From a virus (Duplodnaviria > Heunggongvirae > Uroviricota > Caudoviricetes): DNA of 64,000 bases. Positions 46,404-55,826 of the stretch are shown here, piece after piece. Below the pieces are notes generated by a model. The model had not been told where the DNA came from, searched no databases, and saw nothing but the letters and a program-made list of their open reading frames with translations. Every line of letters starts with the position of its first letter. Position 1 is the first letter of the stretch. The stretch is taken from IMG/VR virus record IMGVR_UViG_3300017971_000191. The stretch is one strand, 5' to 3'. The translations under genes and the position numbers were made by a program.

Positions 46404-48239
46404 CTAGTCGTCCTCTCTTTGCTTCAACTTCGACATACGCCTGGGTTTACGAGCAGCCAGGCTGTCGAGAAATTGCTCCTTCTTCTTTTTGTCGGGTTCC
46501 TTCGGCGGTTTAGACGTCAACGGGATTGGCTTGGTGGAGGGGTCCACCGGGGTCAGGGCCAGCGACTGGCCGGTACTCTGCTCGAAAGCCGCCAGGAACT
46601 GCTTGGCCTCCGCGGAGAGCGGGGCGCCGACCGAGTGGTAGGCCACCAGCTCGGCCTGGATCTTCTTGGCCAGGGCGGCCAGGGAATCCGGGTGCATCTT
46701 CCCGAGCGGAGTCTGAAGCTCCTGGGCGCCGGCAGCGACCATGCCGGTAACCGGCGGGATCGCCGCACCAGGCTCAGACCAAGCGGGCGTCGGCGACAAG
46801 TTCACCGTTGGAGCCGGTCCCGGCACCGGGGTCGTCGGCCCCGGATTGGGATGCTCGTGCGGCACCTTCTGGGGCTTGACGTGCTTGGGAACCTTCTTGG
46901 CGATCACAGACGGGTTGACCGGCTTGGAGATGTAGCCGGCTTTCTGGGCCTGGGCCTCAGTGGTCGGCGCGGCCGCGCAGGCCTCGGTGAGATGCTCCGG
47001 CCTAATCCCTAACTTGTGTAACGCCTGGGCCGTTTCCCACAGTGCGTTGGCTACCTTTTCGTTGTTGGGCGAGATGTTGTGGTCGTCCGCTAGCTTCTGG
47101 AGGAAGAGGCTCTTGGTCAACTCCGTGATCGAGTGAACGGCACCGGCCAACATCGCCATCGTCTCCTCTCCGAACTTGTCCAAGCCGTTATTGACCGCAG
47201 ACATTGCCATCGCGCAGTCCTTGGAGGGAGCAGCGATGATCTCCTTGCTTTTGAAGGGCAGTTTCATTTTGGGAGTCTCGAACTTGCCCATCAGCTCTTG
47301 GTGGAGCTTCTCCTGCTCGGCGAGGTAGGCAGCCTCCTGCTGTATCAGCTTCATCTCGTCCTCGAAGTTGAGCCCGGCCGACTCCGCCGCGGCCGTAGCC
47401 GAGACGATGCCGCCGGCCTTGAGGATTTCCAGGATGGCGTCCGTCCCGGGGATCACGCCGCCCGGCTTGGGCGGCAAGGCCAGTTGGTTCTTCGAGGCCC
47501 AGCCCAGCGTCGACTGGGAGAGGTTCGTCTGGGGCAAACGGTTGTGCTCTCCGGGGCAGAGCCGCATGAACTGGTCGACCTTGACCACCAGCTCCTTTTC
47601 GAGCTTGGGGATCTCTGCCGCGGAGAACATGTCCCCCGCAGCCTTCCGCTGCTCGATGAGCTTGTAGATGTTGCCTATCGACTTCAGCAGGGATTTCTTC
47701 CGCCCTTCCTTCTGCGAGGCCGTCATCTCCACGACCTCCTTGGGCTCCTTGCCCTGGCGGCGGCGAAGGACTTCGGCCGCGTAGGCTCCGGCCCACTCCT
47801 GGGAGACCTGGCAACCGCAGGGATTCATCCGGTAGACAAGACGCAGCGCCTGCGTCTGCTGGCCGGGAACCGGAGGCGTGACGGGGTCCTGGTTGAACTT
47901 GGGCTTCTTCTGCCCCACGGCCGTCACGGTCGGCGAGCCCAGCGGCACCTTCTCCTGACCCTCGCGCAATCCATTGACCACCGACTGGCAGTTGGGGCAG
48001 CGGATCTGCGGCTCCTTCCAGGTGTGCATCGCATCGTTGACGTCCTGACTGGGAGGATTCTCGATGTTCGAGGGCACGTTAATCGGTGGTTGGTTCGTGT
48101 CCATGATTGCCGGCTGCTGGACGTACGCGATTGGTCCCGATTTTCCCAGCTCATAAAGCGGCACCGGGGGCGGCAATAGTTGAGCATTGAATCCCATGCT
48201 CGGCCCGAGCCAGCCTTTGAGCTTATCCAGTGTTGCCAT
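46404..48239 (-). CDS. large hypothetical protein (611 aa, Pro-rich C-terminus)
   Basis: Long ORF. Confidence 0.5.
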   Translation of the reverse strand: MATLDKLKGWLGPSMGFNAQLLPPPVPLYELGKSGPIAYVQQPAIMDTNQPPINVPSNIENPPSQDVNDAMHTWKEPQIRCPNCQSVVNGLREGQEKVPLGSPTVTAVGQKKPKFNQDPVTPPVPGQQTQALRLVYRMNPCGCQVSQEWAGAYAAEVLRRRQGKEPKEVVEMTASQKEGRKKSLLKSIGNIYKLIEQRKAAGDMFSAAEIPKLEKELVVKVDQFMRLCPGEHNRLPQTNLSQSTLGWASKNQLALPPKPGGVIPGTDAILEILKAGGIVSATAAAESAGLNFEDEMKLIQQEAAYLAEQEKLHQELMGKFETPKMKLPFKSKEIIAAPSKDCAMAMSAVNNGLDKFGEETMAMLAGAVHSITELTKSLFLQKLADDHNISPNNEKVANALWETAQALHKLGIRPEHLTEACAAAPTTEAQAQKAGYISKPVNPSVIAKKVPKHVKPQKVPHEHPNPGPTTPVPGPAPTVNLSPTPAWSEPGAAIPPVTGMVAAGAQELQTPLGKMHPDSLAALAKKIQAELVAYHSVGAPLSAEAKQFLAAFEQSTGQSLALTPVDPSTKPIPLTSKPPKEPDKKKKEQFLDSLAARKPRRMSKLKQREDD

Positions 48240-48738
48240 CCGGTCGTTCCTTGGGGAAGAGCTGCTTGAGCACCGTGCCCTCCGACAGGTCGGCCTTCAA
48301 CTTCGTCTTGTCGTCCGCGTGGTACTGGTCGACGCGGGCCAGACAGCGTGTCAACGCCGCCTCGAACCGCTCGCGGCTGGTCACCGACATGCTCTCCAAC
48401 TCCTCGACAACCGCCATGAGCATCGCCGCCGTGTGCTTGTTGAAGTCCTCCTGCGTAGGACCTCCTTGGACCTCGACCGACTGGGCTGCCATGCCGGTAC
48501 CGGCCAGCACCTGGCTAGCCTGGGCCGCTTCGACAAGCGACAAGGCCTCGTGGGGGTAGACGTAGCAGCTCAGGAATCTCCGCTCGTCGCTGAGCATCCG
48601 CGTGGCGACGAGGCAGGGAAACTGACGCGGCCCACTACCCCACTCGACCATGTTGGGGTGGACGTTGTGCTGCTGGGCCATGCTGAGCTGGTACGTCTGC
48701 CAGTCAGCCGGCGTCTTTACGAGTGCCATACCCGGCAT
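48223..48738 (-). CDS. hypothetical protein
   Basis: ATG (MPGMALVKT). Confidence 0.45.
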   Translation of the reverse strand: MPGMALVKTPADWQTYQLSMAQQHNVHPNMVEWGSGPRQFPCLVATRMLSDERRFLSCYVYPHEALSLVEAAQASQVLAGTGMAAQSVEVQGGPTQEDFNKHTAAMLMAVVEELESMSVTSRERFEAALTRCLARVDQYHADDKTKLKADLSEGTVLKQLFPKERPDGNTG

Positions 48739-48934
48739 GAAGCCTCCTCCCATTCTTCATCCCCCAGATCGCAATCGCGGTCCGGGAGTTGACGCCGAGC
48801 TTCTTGCGAAGCCGTTTCGCGTACGTCTTGATCGTCTCGTAGGTCAAGCCGAGACCCTCAGCGATCTCACGGTACGTCATTCCTTCGACGACACCGCAAA
48901 CGATCTGGCGTTCGCGCTGGGACAGCTCGACCAT
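48704..48934 (-). CDS. LuxR/GerE-family helix-turn-helix transcription regulator (helix-turn-helix domain only)
   Basis: LSQRERQIVCGVVEGMTYREIAEGLGLTYETIKTYAKRLRKKLGV is the canonical LuxR C-terminal helix-turn-helix. Confidence 0.6.
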   Translation of the reverse strand: MVELSQRERQIVCGVVEGMTYREIAEGLGLTYETIKTYAKRLRKKLGVNSRTAIAIWGMKNGRRLHAGYGTRKDAG

Positions 48935-48941
48935 TCCGTCC

Positions 48942-49904
48942 TCATTTCTTCTCGGCCGCCGCAGCTTCCTGGCGGAGCTTCTTTTCGTGAGCCGCGGCCA
49001 GCTTGGCGGCCGTCTTCTGCCGAGAACTGGGCAGCCACAGCTTGTAATCCTCAGGATACGCCGTCGTTGCCAACCAGTCCGGCCACATCCGCTGCTGTTC
49101 CGCCCGGAAAGCCTGGAGATCCTTGCCGCAGACATCGACCGCGGTGCTGGGGAACCTGTAGAAGGAAAGCCAGCCCTCGACCTCCTCGGCCTTACTCTCC
49201 TGGCACAACTGCGCCCGGGTCAGCGTCCCCGGCAGCTTGCTCCCCAGGCGGCGATGCAGCTCCTCTCCACGATAATTGTCACCGTTGGAGCCGGCAAGGA
49301 AATACCCCGCACAATCGCCGATCAAGTCGTACTCCATGCCCATCTTCGTGAGCACCTGGATCGACCAGGGACCGCCAGCCCTCACGTCGAGCACCGGCAA
49401 GGCCGCCCGGGGAAACAGCAGCGAGCCCAGAGCACACCGCTCGTGAGGCTGGCCGGCCGGCTGGGCGTAGTCGGTCACGAACAGCTCGTCGCTGTCGTAG
49501 AAGTAGTACAGCGACTGCGCCAGCAAGCAGGGGCCATGGGGGCCGGCACGGTTAAGCTGGAAGTTGAAACGATCGGGGTGGGACAGGTTGTCGTCGTCCC
49601 AACATGCAATCCAGTCGCACCAGGCCCAACCGAGAGCCAGGACGAAAGCCTCGGTCGGCGTCTGGAAATCGACCAGCCTGACCTCGACGAACTCCGAGGG
49701 CACGACCTCGACGCTGTTGAGAAGCCGGCGGTCGTTGAGGAACGTGCGGATCTGCTCCGCGTAGCCGGGTTCCTTGACGACGATCCACAACCGCCGCTCG
49801 GAATACTCCTGCTCCAGGAAATTGACGATCGCCCGCTGGAGCAGGCCCCAGCGGGACGAGTGCGATACGCAGATCGCACCGATGGTAACGGGTTCGTTCA
49901 ACAC
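48942..49904 (-). CDS. GT-A fold glycosyltransferase (GT2-like)
   Basis: TIGAICVSHSS and WDDDN motifs. Confidence 0.4.
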   Translation of the reverse strand: MLNEPVTIGAICVSHSSRWGLLQRAIVNFLEQEYSERRLWIVVKEPGYAEQIRTFLNDRRLLNSVEVVPSEFVEVRLVDFQTPTEAFVLALGWAWCDWIACWDDDNLSHPDRFNFQLNRAGPHGPCLLAQSLYYFYDSDELFVTDYAQPAGQPHERCALGSLLFPRAALPVLDVRAGGPWSIQVLTKMGMEYDLIGDCAGYFLAGSNGDNYRGEELHRRLGSKLPGTLTRAQLCQESKAEEVEGWLSFYRFPSTAVDVCGKDLQAFRAEQQRMWPDWLATTAYPEDYKLWLPSSRQKTAAKLAAAHEKKLRQEAAAAEKK

Positions 49905-49916
49905 TCTGCCTCCTGT

Positions 49917-50561
49917 CTAGGAGCCGAAGGCCGCCAGGGTGAAAGCCATTTCCCACCCGCGAGCGTCTCGCAAGTTGATAGCCTCCAACTGATTGATGCT
50001 AACCAGGCCAACCGTATGACCCAAACGAAGATCTTTACCGTCCGCCAGCCCCCCAGCCTGCGACTCCCATAAACCGTGCGTCACAGCCAGGCAGGCATCG
50101 TAGACCGAGCAGCCGCGGATGAGACGGGCACCGTCCGCCTGGGCCTGGACGATGTACTTGCCGCTCACGGTGACTGCGGCCGGGTGACCCTCCGGATGGA
50201 CAGCGTACAGCACCTTGGCGATCGTGTCACGATCAAGGAACGGGAAAGCGGGATTCACGAGCAAATAGTGGCTCGCGTGGCCGTCGTCGCTGGCCCGCAA
50301 GTAGGCCGCGATCTCGTCGGCCAGCGGGGCGTGCTCATCGCGAGCGATAGGAAAGTAGACACGCACCCGGTCGTCCACGGCGACGGCGTCTCGGAGAGCC
50401 GGGGTCTCGTCGGGATGGCTGACTTCCTTGTCCACCAGCACGGCAATTCGGTCGATCTCGCGGAAGTCTTCGAGCTTCCGCACGGCCAGCTCCAAGGAGG
50501 AGCTGTCACCCAGCCAATCAAGGATCGGCGGGTCTGCTGGGACAATAGCCACTATATCCAT
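49917..50561 (-). CDS. nucleotidyltransferase, cytidylyltransferase-like (CMP-sugar synthetase / IspD-like)
   Basis: N-terminal MDIVAIVPA...LVNPAFPFLD pattern; weak. Confidence 0.35.
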   Translation of the reverse strand: MDIVAIVPADPPILDWLGDSSSLELAVRKLEDFREIDRIAVLVDKEVSHPDETPALRDAVAVDDRVRVYFPIARDEHAPLADEIAAYLRASDDGHASHYLLVNPAFPFLDRDTIAKVLYAVHPEGHPAAVTVSGKYIVQAQADGARLIRGCSVYDACLAVTHGLWESQAGGLADGKDLRLGHTVGLVSINQLEAINLRDARGWEMAFTLAAFGS

Positions 50562-50562
50562 T

Positions 50563-51350
50563 TCAGAACAAATCCTCCGCGTCAAGGTACACTCGGACGT
50601 CGTCCGGCAACTCAAGCCGAACAGTGTGGAAGTTGGCGATTCGTTGCCGCATGCTCCGGTTCTTCAACCGCCGGCAGCTCGGCGTCACAGCGGCATAGGG
50701 AGGCAGTTCGAGATACTCGAACACCTGACCCATGACCTCGTGATAGTTGAGGAACAACTCGCGGTAGTGAATCTCCAGCCGATCATCACAATACTGCCGA
50801 ACCCGCTCCTCGAAGGCCACGTGCCAACGCACGAACGGCACGAGCTTGGAGGGTTCGAGATCGACCGGCAGCGGAGAGTTCAATGGTTGCCGGTCGTCGA
50901 TGTCCTGCTGGAAGACCCCGGTCTGGAGTGCTTGCTTCCAAGAGACGTAGCAAGCCACGGGGTTGCGCAGGACCAAGATGGTACAGAAGTCCCCCTCCAG
51001 GCTACGCTCATGCAGGAACTCCCACAGATCGTTGGCCTTCAGGTGGGGGAACAGAACTTTGACGCCGATTGCCTCCTCGCCGTTCAGCGGGCTGTCGAAG
51101 ACTCGGGCGCTTAGGTATTGCTCGGGGTTGACCTCGCCGGGGATGCAGTGCTCCGGCATGGCCGCCTTAAAAGGCGCCCCGAAATACTCCTCATGGGTCT
51201 CGCGGCGGACATCCTCCTCGTGATGTAGCAAGTCTCCATGGCATGTCGCCTTAGGGTGAGATCGTACGGACGTCTGGATGACGCTCGCTCCGCATCGTAC
51301 TTGACCTGTTACCACGAAGTTGAGGATGTCCTTGCTTCTCTGGGAAGACA
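50563..51350 (-). CDS. sulfotransferase-family protein
   Basis: NFVVTGQVRCGASVIQ is a PAPS 5'-phosphate-binding-like loop. ILVLRNPVACYVS is an RNP 3'-PB-like motif. Confidence 0.45.
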
Positions 51351-51386
51351 TGGACAGTTCCTCGTCACACACGTCTTTTGTCGAGT

Positions 51387-52250
51387 TCAACGTAGGGTCA
51401 CAGACCCTACCACATCCTCTTCCGGAGGACGTTCCAGCGTGCGGACGTTGAAGTGCCCGACCGCCACCTTCACGTACTCCAGCACGTCGTCCGTAACATT
51501 CGGGCAACGCGCCCCGTGAAACACGGGGCCAGCATACTCGCCCAGGAACTCCTCTCGACTCTTGACGTTGAGGCCGTGGTAAATGGCCACATGGAGACAG
51601 GGCCCGGGAAACCAGTCCGGGCCGTTATCAAGGATGACGCGCCGCTCGCCGAACTGCTCGACGAACTGCTTGTCTTCGCCAGGCGCTCCGTTCTCCGGAA
51701 AGAACGGAGAGTCCGCGGCGGACCACAACACCGTACTGGCGTGGCCCAGGCTTTCCACCGGAACGCAGATCACCGTGTTCCGGATGTCGACACGAACCTG
51801 GTGGGAGAGCAACACACAGCAACCCTCGACACGGTGGGCCATCTGGAAGGCCACGCGATGAGGATGGCTATGATCATCGTCGTCGATCGACAGCAGCCAA
51901 TCGCCCTTCGCCTCCCGGATAGCACGATTCCGTAGACCACCGATGGTCGGGTAGTCGTCCCGGGGGACGAGGAACTCGCGTACCAGAGGATGATCGTGGG
52001 TCGTCACACGACGGCCCGACGAGTTGACGATGACGATTTCTTTGCGGCTGTAGGTCTGGCGAACAAACTGGTTCACCGTGGTTCGTGCAATCACGAGCCT
52101 TCGCGGATCGGCTAGTACCAAAAGACCGGTGACCAAAGGACAAGGCTGCCCGCGGTGGGTAGTCGCCTCGGCGTTGGTCTCCTGGTTCTCATCCGACTGA
52201 CCGGGCTTGTCCCCAACATCGTCTAAGGTCGGAGGGACCAGGGTAGGCAT
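51387..52250 (-). CDS. family-2 glycosyltransferase
   Basis: LLVLADPRRLVIARTTVNQFVRQTY...IVIVNSSG...LLSIDDDD. Confidence 0.5.
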   Translation of the reverse strand: MPTLVPPTLDDVGDKPGQSDENQETNAEATTHRGQPCPLVTGLLVLADPRRLVIARTTVNQFVRQTYSRKEIVIVNSSGRRVTTHDHPLVREFLVPRDDYPTIGGLRNRAIREAKGDWLLSIDDDDHSHPHRVAFQMAHRVEGCCVLLSHQVRVDIRNTVICVPVESLGHASTVLWSAADSPFFPENGAPGEDKQFVEQFGERRVILDNGPDWFPGPCLHVAIYHGLNVKSREEFLGEYAGPVFHGARCPNVTDDVLEYVKVAVGHFNVRTLERPPEEDVVGSVTLR

Positions 52251-52302
52251 CAGACAGTTTACTCCTGGGGTCGTTGTTCGAGTTTAGTCGACTGACCGGC
52301 CT

Positions 52303-53304
52303 TTACAGGCTGGACAGCAGCGAGGCAAAGGAAACGCTGAAGGCCTCCGCGAAGGGAGACGGCTTCGGCTCCACCTGTGCCACCGGTCGCTTGCCTACCT
52401 CCATGCCCAGCCATTGCGGCCGGTTGCTGACGTCGAGATCACCCGGGCCCAACGGCCACGGAGGCGCCGCATGCGCAGCACGAGACGGCTTCCAGTGCGG
52501 ATCAGGCTCACTGAAGACCAGATGGCTGCTAGTGGGCGTCATGTAGAGCTTCTCGATGTCGAGGACATCCTTGTACTCAATACGCTCTCGCTCCCTGTGG
52601 CGACACCGCGGACAGACGTCCGTCGAAGTGTCGACCTTCTCGTGCAGCACCCAGTTTCTGGTGAAACCCATCGGCTCGCCCGCCTCGTGGGTCAGGCAGC
52701 GATGGTAGAAGCCGCACTTCTTGCAACGCATGAAGGCGATCTTCAATTCCTCCAGCGACCGGGTGAACTTCACGGGCAAGAGCCCTCCCATGAAGATGCG
52801 GTCGACCTGGAGCCGGCGGTCGCGCTGGCAAGCCATCAACTGGAGCGGGAACCGCCTTCCCTGGGCGTCGAACAACGCGGGAAAGGCATCGCAGTTGCGA
52901 TTCTCCTCGTAGCGCAGCTCGGGGAGAAAACCCTTTGGGGAGCACACGCACACTGACTGGGCGAACGCCTGGCGATCGTGAGGGATAAGGAACTGCGCAC
53001 CGACCCACGGCTGCGACCGCAAGGGCCGGTAGACGAGCAGCTCATCAACCAGGGACACCTGCCCGTCGTCCTGGTGAAGGACCGAGGTGCCCGGGGGAGT
53101 AAAGTCGGTCTCGACAGTGAGTCGAGATGTACCCTTGCCAAAGCTCTTCTCCGTATCGGGGGACGGAGAAAACGGCAAGGCCTTCTTCTCTGTTGCAGCG
53201 GCGTCGACTGCCACCGCAGAAGCACCCAGGCCCAGCGGGATCGCCAGGCCGCCAAGGCACTTCGTAAGGAAACCACGTCGGGAGTCTCCCATCAGTACCT
53301 CCAT
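52303..53304 (-). CDS. Tat-signal exported Cys-rich protein (CKKCGFYHRC...CPRCRHRE)
   Basis: SRRGFLTKCLGGLAIPLGLGASAVA twin-arginine signal. Confidence 0.5.
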   Translation of the reverse strand: MEVLMGDSRRGFLTKCLGGLAIPLGLGASAVAVDAAATEKKALPFSPSPDTEKSFGKGTSRLTVETDFTPPGTSVLHQDDGQVSLVDELLVYRPLRSQPWVGAQFLIPHDRQAFAQSVCVCSPKGFLPELRYEENRNCDAFPALFDAQGRRFPLQLMACQRDRRLQVDRIFMGGLLPVKFTRSLEELKIAFMRCKKCGFYHRCLTHEAGEPMGFTRNWVLHEKVDTSTDVCPRCRHRERERIEYKDVLDIEKLYMTPTSSHLVFSEPDPHWKPSRAAHAAPPWPLGPGDLDVSNRPQWLGMEVGKRPVAQVEPKPSPFAEAFSVSFASLLSSL

Positions 53305-53444
53305 TCGAGAAAGGCGTACACCGGGGAAGGCAACCTAAAGCTACCTACCTGCTGGAGAATCTAACACAGGAGGGGATCAATTACAAGCCGAGCTGACAAG
53401 CTAGGCAGATTTTCCCATCCCCAGTGCTAGCATGATATTAAGCT

Positions 53445-53486
53445 GCGCAAAAGACAAGGCCAGGGCTGGGCGACCCTGGCCTTGTC
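53445..53486 (-). terminator. perfect 13-bp inverted repeat (GACAAGGCCAGGG / CCCTGGCCTTGTC, loop CTGGGCGA) followed on the minus strand by CUUUUGCGC
   Basis: Seen directly in the sequence. It lies downstream (minus-strand sense) of the tRNA-like element. The flanking GCGCAAAAG context matches the 4621 hairpin. Confidence 0.5.
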
Positions 53487-53549
53487 TACCGTCCGAGTGG
53501 AAGCGGGAAAGTGACCGGCTCTCCCCGATACCACCATTGCACGAATAGG

Positions 53550-53624
53550 GGCCGGCGGAGGGAATCGAACCCCCAACCTTCTCCGCCCGTAGGCTGAGAC
53601 GCTCTGTCACTGAGCTACGCCGGC
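53550..53624 (-). tRNA. tRNA-like element with a non-canonical anticodon arm (possible pseudo-tRNA, attachment-site core, or unusual tRNA)
   Basis: Reverse complement reads GCCGGCG-TA-GCTC-AGTGACA-GAGC-G-[TCTCAGCCTACGGGCGGAGA]-AGGTT-GGGGG-TTCGATT-CCCTC-CGCCGGC-C. The acceptor stem, D-arm and T-arm (GGTTCGATTCC) are canonical. The anticodon arm is 20 nt instead of 17. Confidence 0.4.
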
Positions 53625-53847
53625 GCGACACCGACCCCTTGAAAAGCCGCGGGGCGGTTCGATCCCGCCCATTTCCGCCCTGGTTGTCTCCGGCGAGCAG
53701 GAGGGCAACGGCCCAGTGCTGCGTCGGACGCTAAGAGCGACGTCCTCGCTTAGACGACGCGGCTCGGCCACCGGCCGGTAGGACCTCCGGTCGGCGTCCA
53801 GTGCATCTGACAATCAACCCTGATTGTAGCGGTAGACTTGTTGCAAG

Positions 53848-54957
53848 TCAAGCGCCGGCCAGCTTCTTCCGCTGCACCGTCCACTCGGGATGCTGGAGAG
53901 TCCACTCGATGACCCGAGAGAGGGTCTGCTCGAAGGTGAACGGGGGCGTCCAGCCGAGACTGGCCAGCTTGGAGCCGTCCAGGGCATAGCGGCGATCGTA
54001 ACCAGGACGGACCTGGTCCCCCCTCACATGCCTGGTATAGAGAGGCTTGCCCATCTGATCGGCCACCTTGCCAGCCAGGTCGAGGACGTTCAGCTCCGTC
54101 TCCCCCACGATGTTGAAGCGGCCGGGACACGAAGCTCCCTCGCCCTGCCGGTACATCGGGGGATCGACCTCCTCCAGGATGAACCGCAGGGCGTCGGCCA
54201 TGTTCTTGGCGTCCAACCAGACCCGCTTGGCAATCCGTTCCGGCGAGTCGCCGTGGATCTCTACCGTCTCGCCGTGGAGGATCTTCTGGATCACCTTGGG
54301 CAGGAACTTCTCGGGGTCCTGGCGCTCACCGATCACGTTCATGGTGTTGGTGATCATGATCGGCATGTCGTAGGTCCGCCAGTAGGCGATGCACAACGCT
54401 TCCTGGGCCGCCTTGGAGGCCGAGTAGGGGTTGCTGGGCATGATCGTGGCCCACTCGGGATGCCCGGGACCGTCCCAGCCGGCATCGCCGTAGACCTCGT
54501 CGGTGGAGATGTGGAGGAACTTGAACGGCAGCATGTTCGGCAAGCTGTAGTTCGGCCCCCTGAACAACTCCAGCATGTTGAGGATGAGCTGCGTGTTGTT
54601 CAGCCAACATCGAGCCGGGTCGGTGATCGAACGGGTCACGTGGGAGTCGCTGGCCAGGTTGAGGACGTAATCGAACTGATCGACCAGGGCACGCTCCTCC
54701 ACAACTTCGTAGAGCAGGTTGCCCCACACGTCGGAGAACGGCACCGTCATATCAGCCTTGTGCAGCTTCAGGCGACCCTTCGCCTCGTAGGCTTGCAGCT
54801 CGGGACTGATCCGCGTGCGGTCTCCCTTGTGGAGAGGATGCCAGGAGTCGACCCCCACGACGATCCAATCCGTTCGATCGAGAATCCACTGGGCCACGTG
54901 GTGGCCGATAAACCCACCGATACCGGTGAGCAAGAGTCGAGGAGTTCGGGTGTTCAT
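53848..54957 (-). CDS. NAD-dependent sugar-nucleotide 4,6-dehydratase / epimerase (extended short-chain dehydrogenase/reductase family)
   Basis: Rossmann motif TGIGGFIGHH, plus YSASKAA (YxxxK) and ASDSHVTRS. Confidence 0.6.
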   Translation of the reverse strand: MNTRTPRLLLTGIGGFIGHHVAQWILDRTDWIVVGVDSWHPLHKGDRTRISPELQAYEAKGRLKLHKADMTVPFSDVWGNLLYEVVEERALVDQFDYVLNLASDSHVTRSITDPARCWLNNTQLILNMLELFRGPNYSLPNMLPFKFLHISTDEVYGDAGWDGPGHPEWATIMPSNPYSASKAAQEALCIAYWRTYDMPIMITNTMNVIGERQDPEKFLPKVIQKILHGETVEIHGDSPERIAKRVWLDAKNMADALRFILEEVDPPMYRQGEGASCPGRFNIVGETELNVLDLAGKVADQMGKPLYTRHVRGDQVRPGYDRRYALDGSKLASLGWTPPFTFEQTLSRVIEWTLQHPEWTVQRKKLAGA

Positions 54958-54977
54958 CTCAAAACCGCTTTTGAAGT
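54958..54977. repeat. palindromic motif (opposite loop orientation: CTCAAAACCGCTTTTGAAG) filling the entire spacer between the GT-D stop and the dehydratase ATG
   Basis: The motif abuts the ATG with no Shine-Dalgarno sequence in between. Confidence 0.5.
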
Positions 54978-55673
54978 TTAGGCATCGGGAATAACGGGCG
55001 CCGGGGTGCCGGCTTGCATGTACTTCCGGCTCTTGACGCCCACGTACTGGTCCCACAAGGAACCAAAGTCGATCAGCGTGTGACGCTGGCCCGCCTTGGC
55101 GTACAGCTCGTGCAGGATGATCTCGGCCGGCATCGAGGCCGACACGGAGACCACGGCGGGTTCGTCGATGGAGTCGAGGGCAGCCAGGGTCTCCCGCACG
55201 ATCTTCCGCCTGGCCAGGAAAGCGTTCTTCGGGGGAACGTCAACGAACTGGGCGTAGGGGACCAGCTTGTTGATACGCTTGAGATGGTCCGGCCCCACGA
55301 TCACCACCTTCCGCTCTTGCAGAGCCTGGATCAGGCGGCCGAGCTTACCGTTGCCAGCCGCCTTGTGGAAGACGTCCGCGTTGATCCAGTTGAAGGTCAG
55401 CTTGTTGGAGGCCAGCCACTTTTCGATCCGCTGCCCAAGCAGCCGCGTGGCGAATGGCTGCATCCCCATCAGGTAGGAAGGCTGCGAGCGGAGCACGGCC
55501 TGCAACTCCTCTCCCATCTCGGGAAAGAAAGCATGCCCGTCGCAGTTGGCACCCCGCACCGTACCCAGCACTGCCCGCCACTCGCCGTCTCCCCAGCGGG
55601 AAAAGGTGAAGGGCTTCCCCTCTCGAATATCCTTCGAGAGCTGTCTAAGGCTGAAATCTCTGGGTCGGATCAC
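54978..55673 (-). CDS. GT-D type glycosyltransferase (DUF1792-like)
   Basis: FSRWGDGEW motif. Confidence 0.45.
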   Translation of the reverse strand: MIRPRDFSLRQLSKDIREGKPFTFSRWGDGEWRAVLGTVRGANCDGHAFFPEMGEELQAVLRSQPSYLMGMQPFATRLLGQRIEKWLASNKLTFNWINADVFHKAAGNGKLGRLIQALQERKVVIVGPDHLKRINKLVPYAQFVDVPPKNAFLARRKIVRETLAALDSIDEPAVVSVSASMPAEIILHELYAKAGQRHTLIDFGSLWDQYVGVKSRKYMQAGTPAPVIPDA

Positions 55674-55826
55674 GAGGCTCTTCCTTGGGCATCAGATCGA
55701 GCTTGAAGAGATCCTGGCCGGGCAGGATCTTGGGTTCCGTACCGGTAGCTCTCCGCTTCTGCTTGCAGACGTCGCAGTCGCAGATTCGCCAGTCGTGGCC
55801 GTCGTTGGGGTAGCGGATGCGCTGGC

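Noticed and set aside
53550-53624. Calling a canonical tRNA with a defined anticodon
   Set aside because: The anticodon arm cannot be folded as a 5-7-5 structure because it carries 3 extra nt. Assigning an amino-acid identity would be invention, so it is reported only as tRNA-like.
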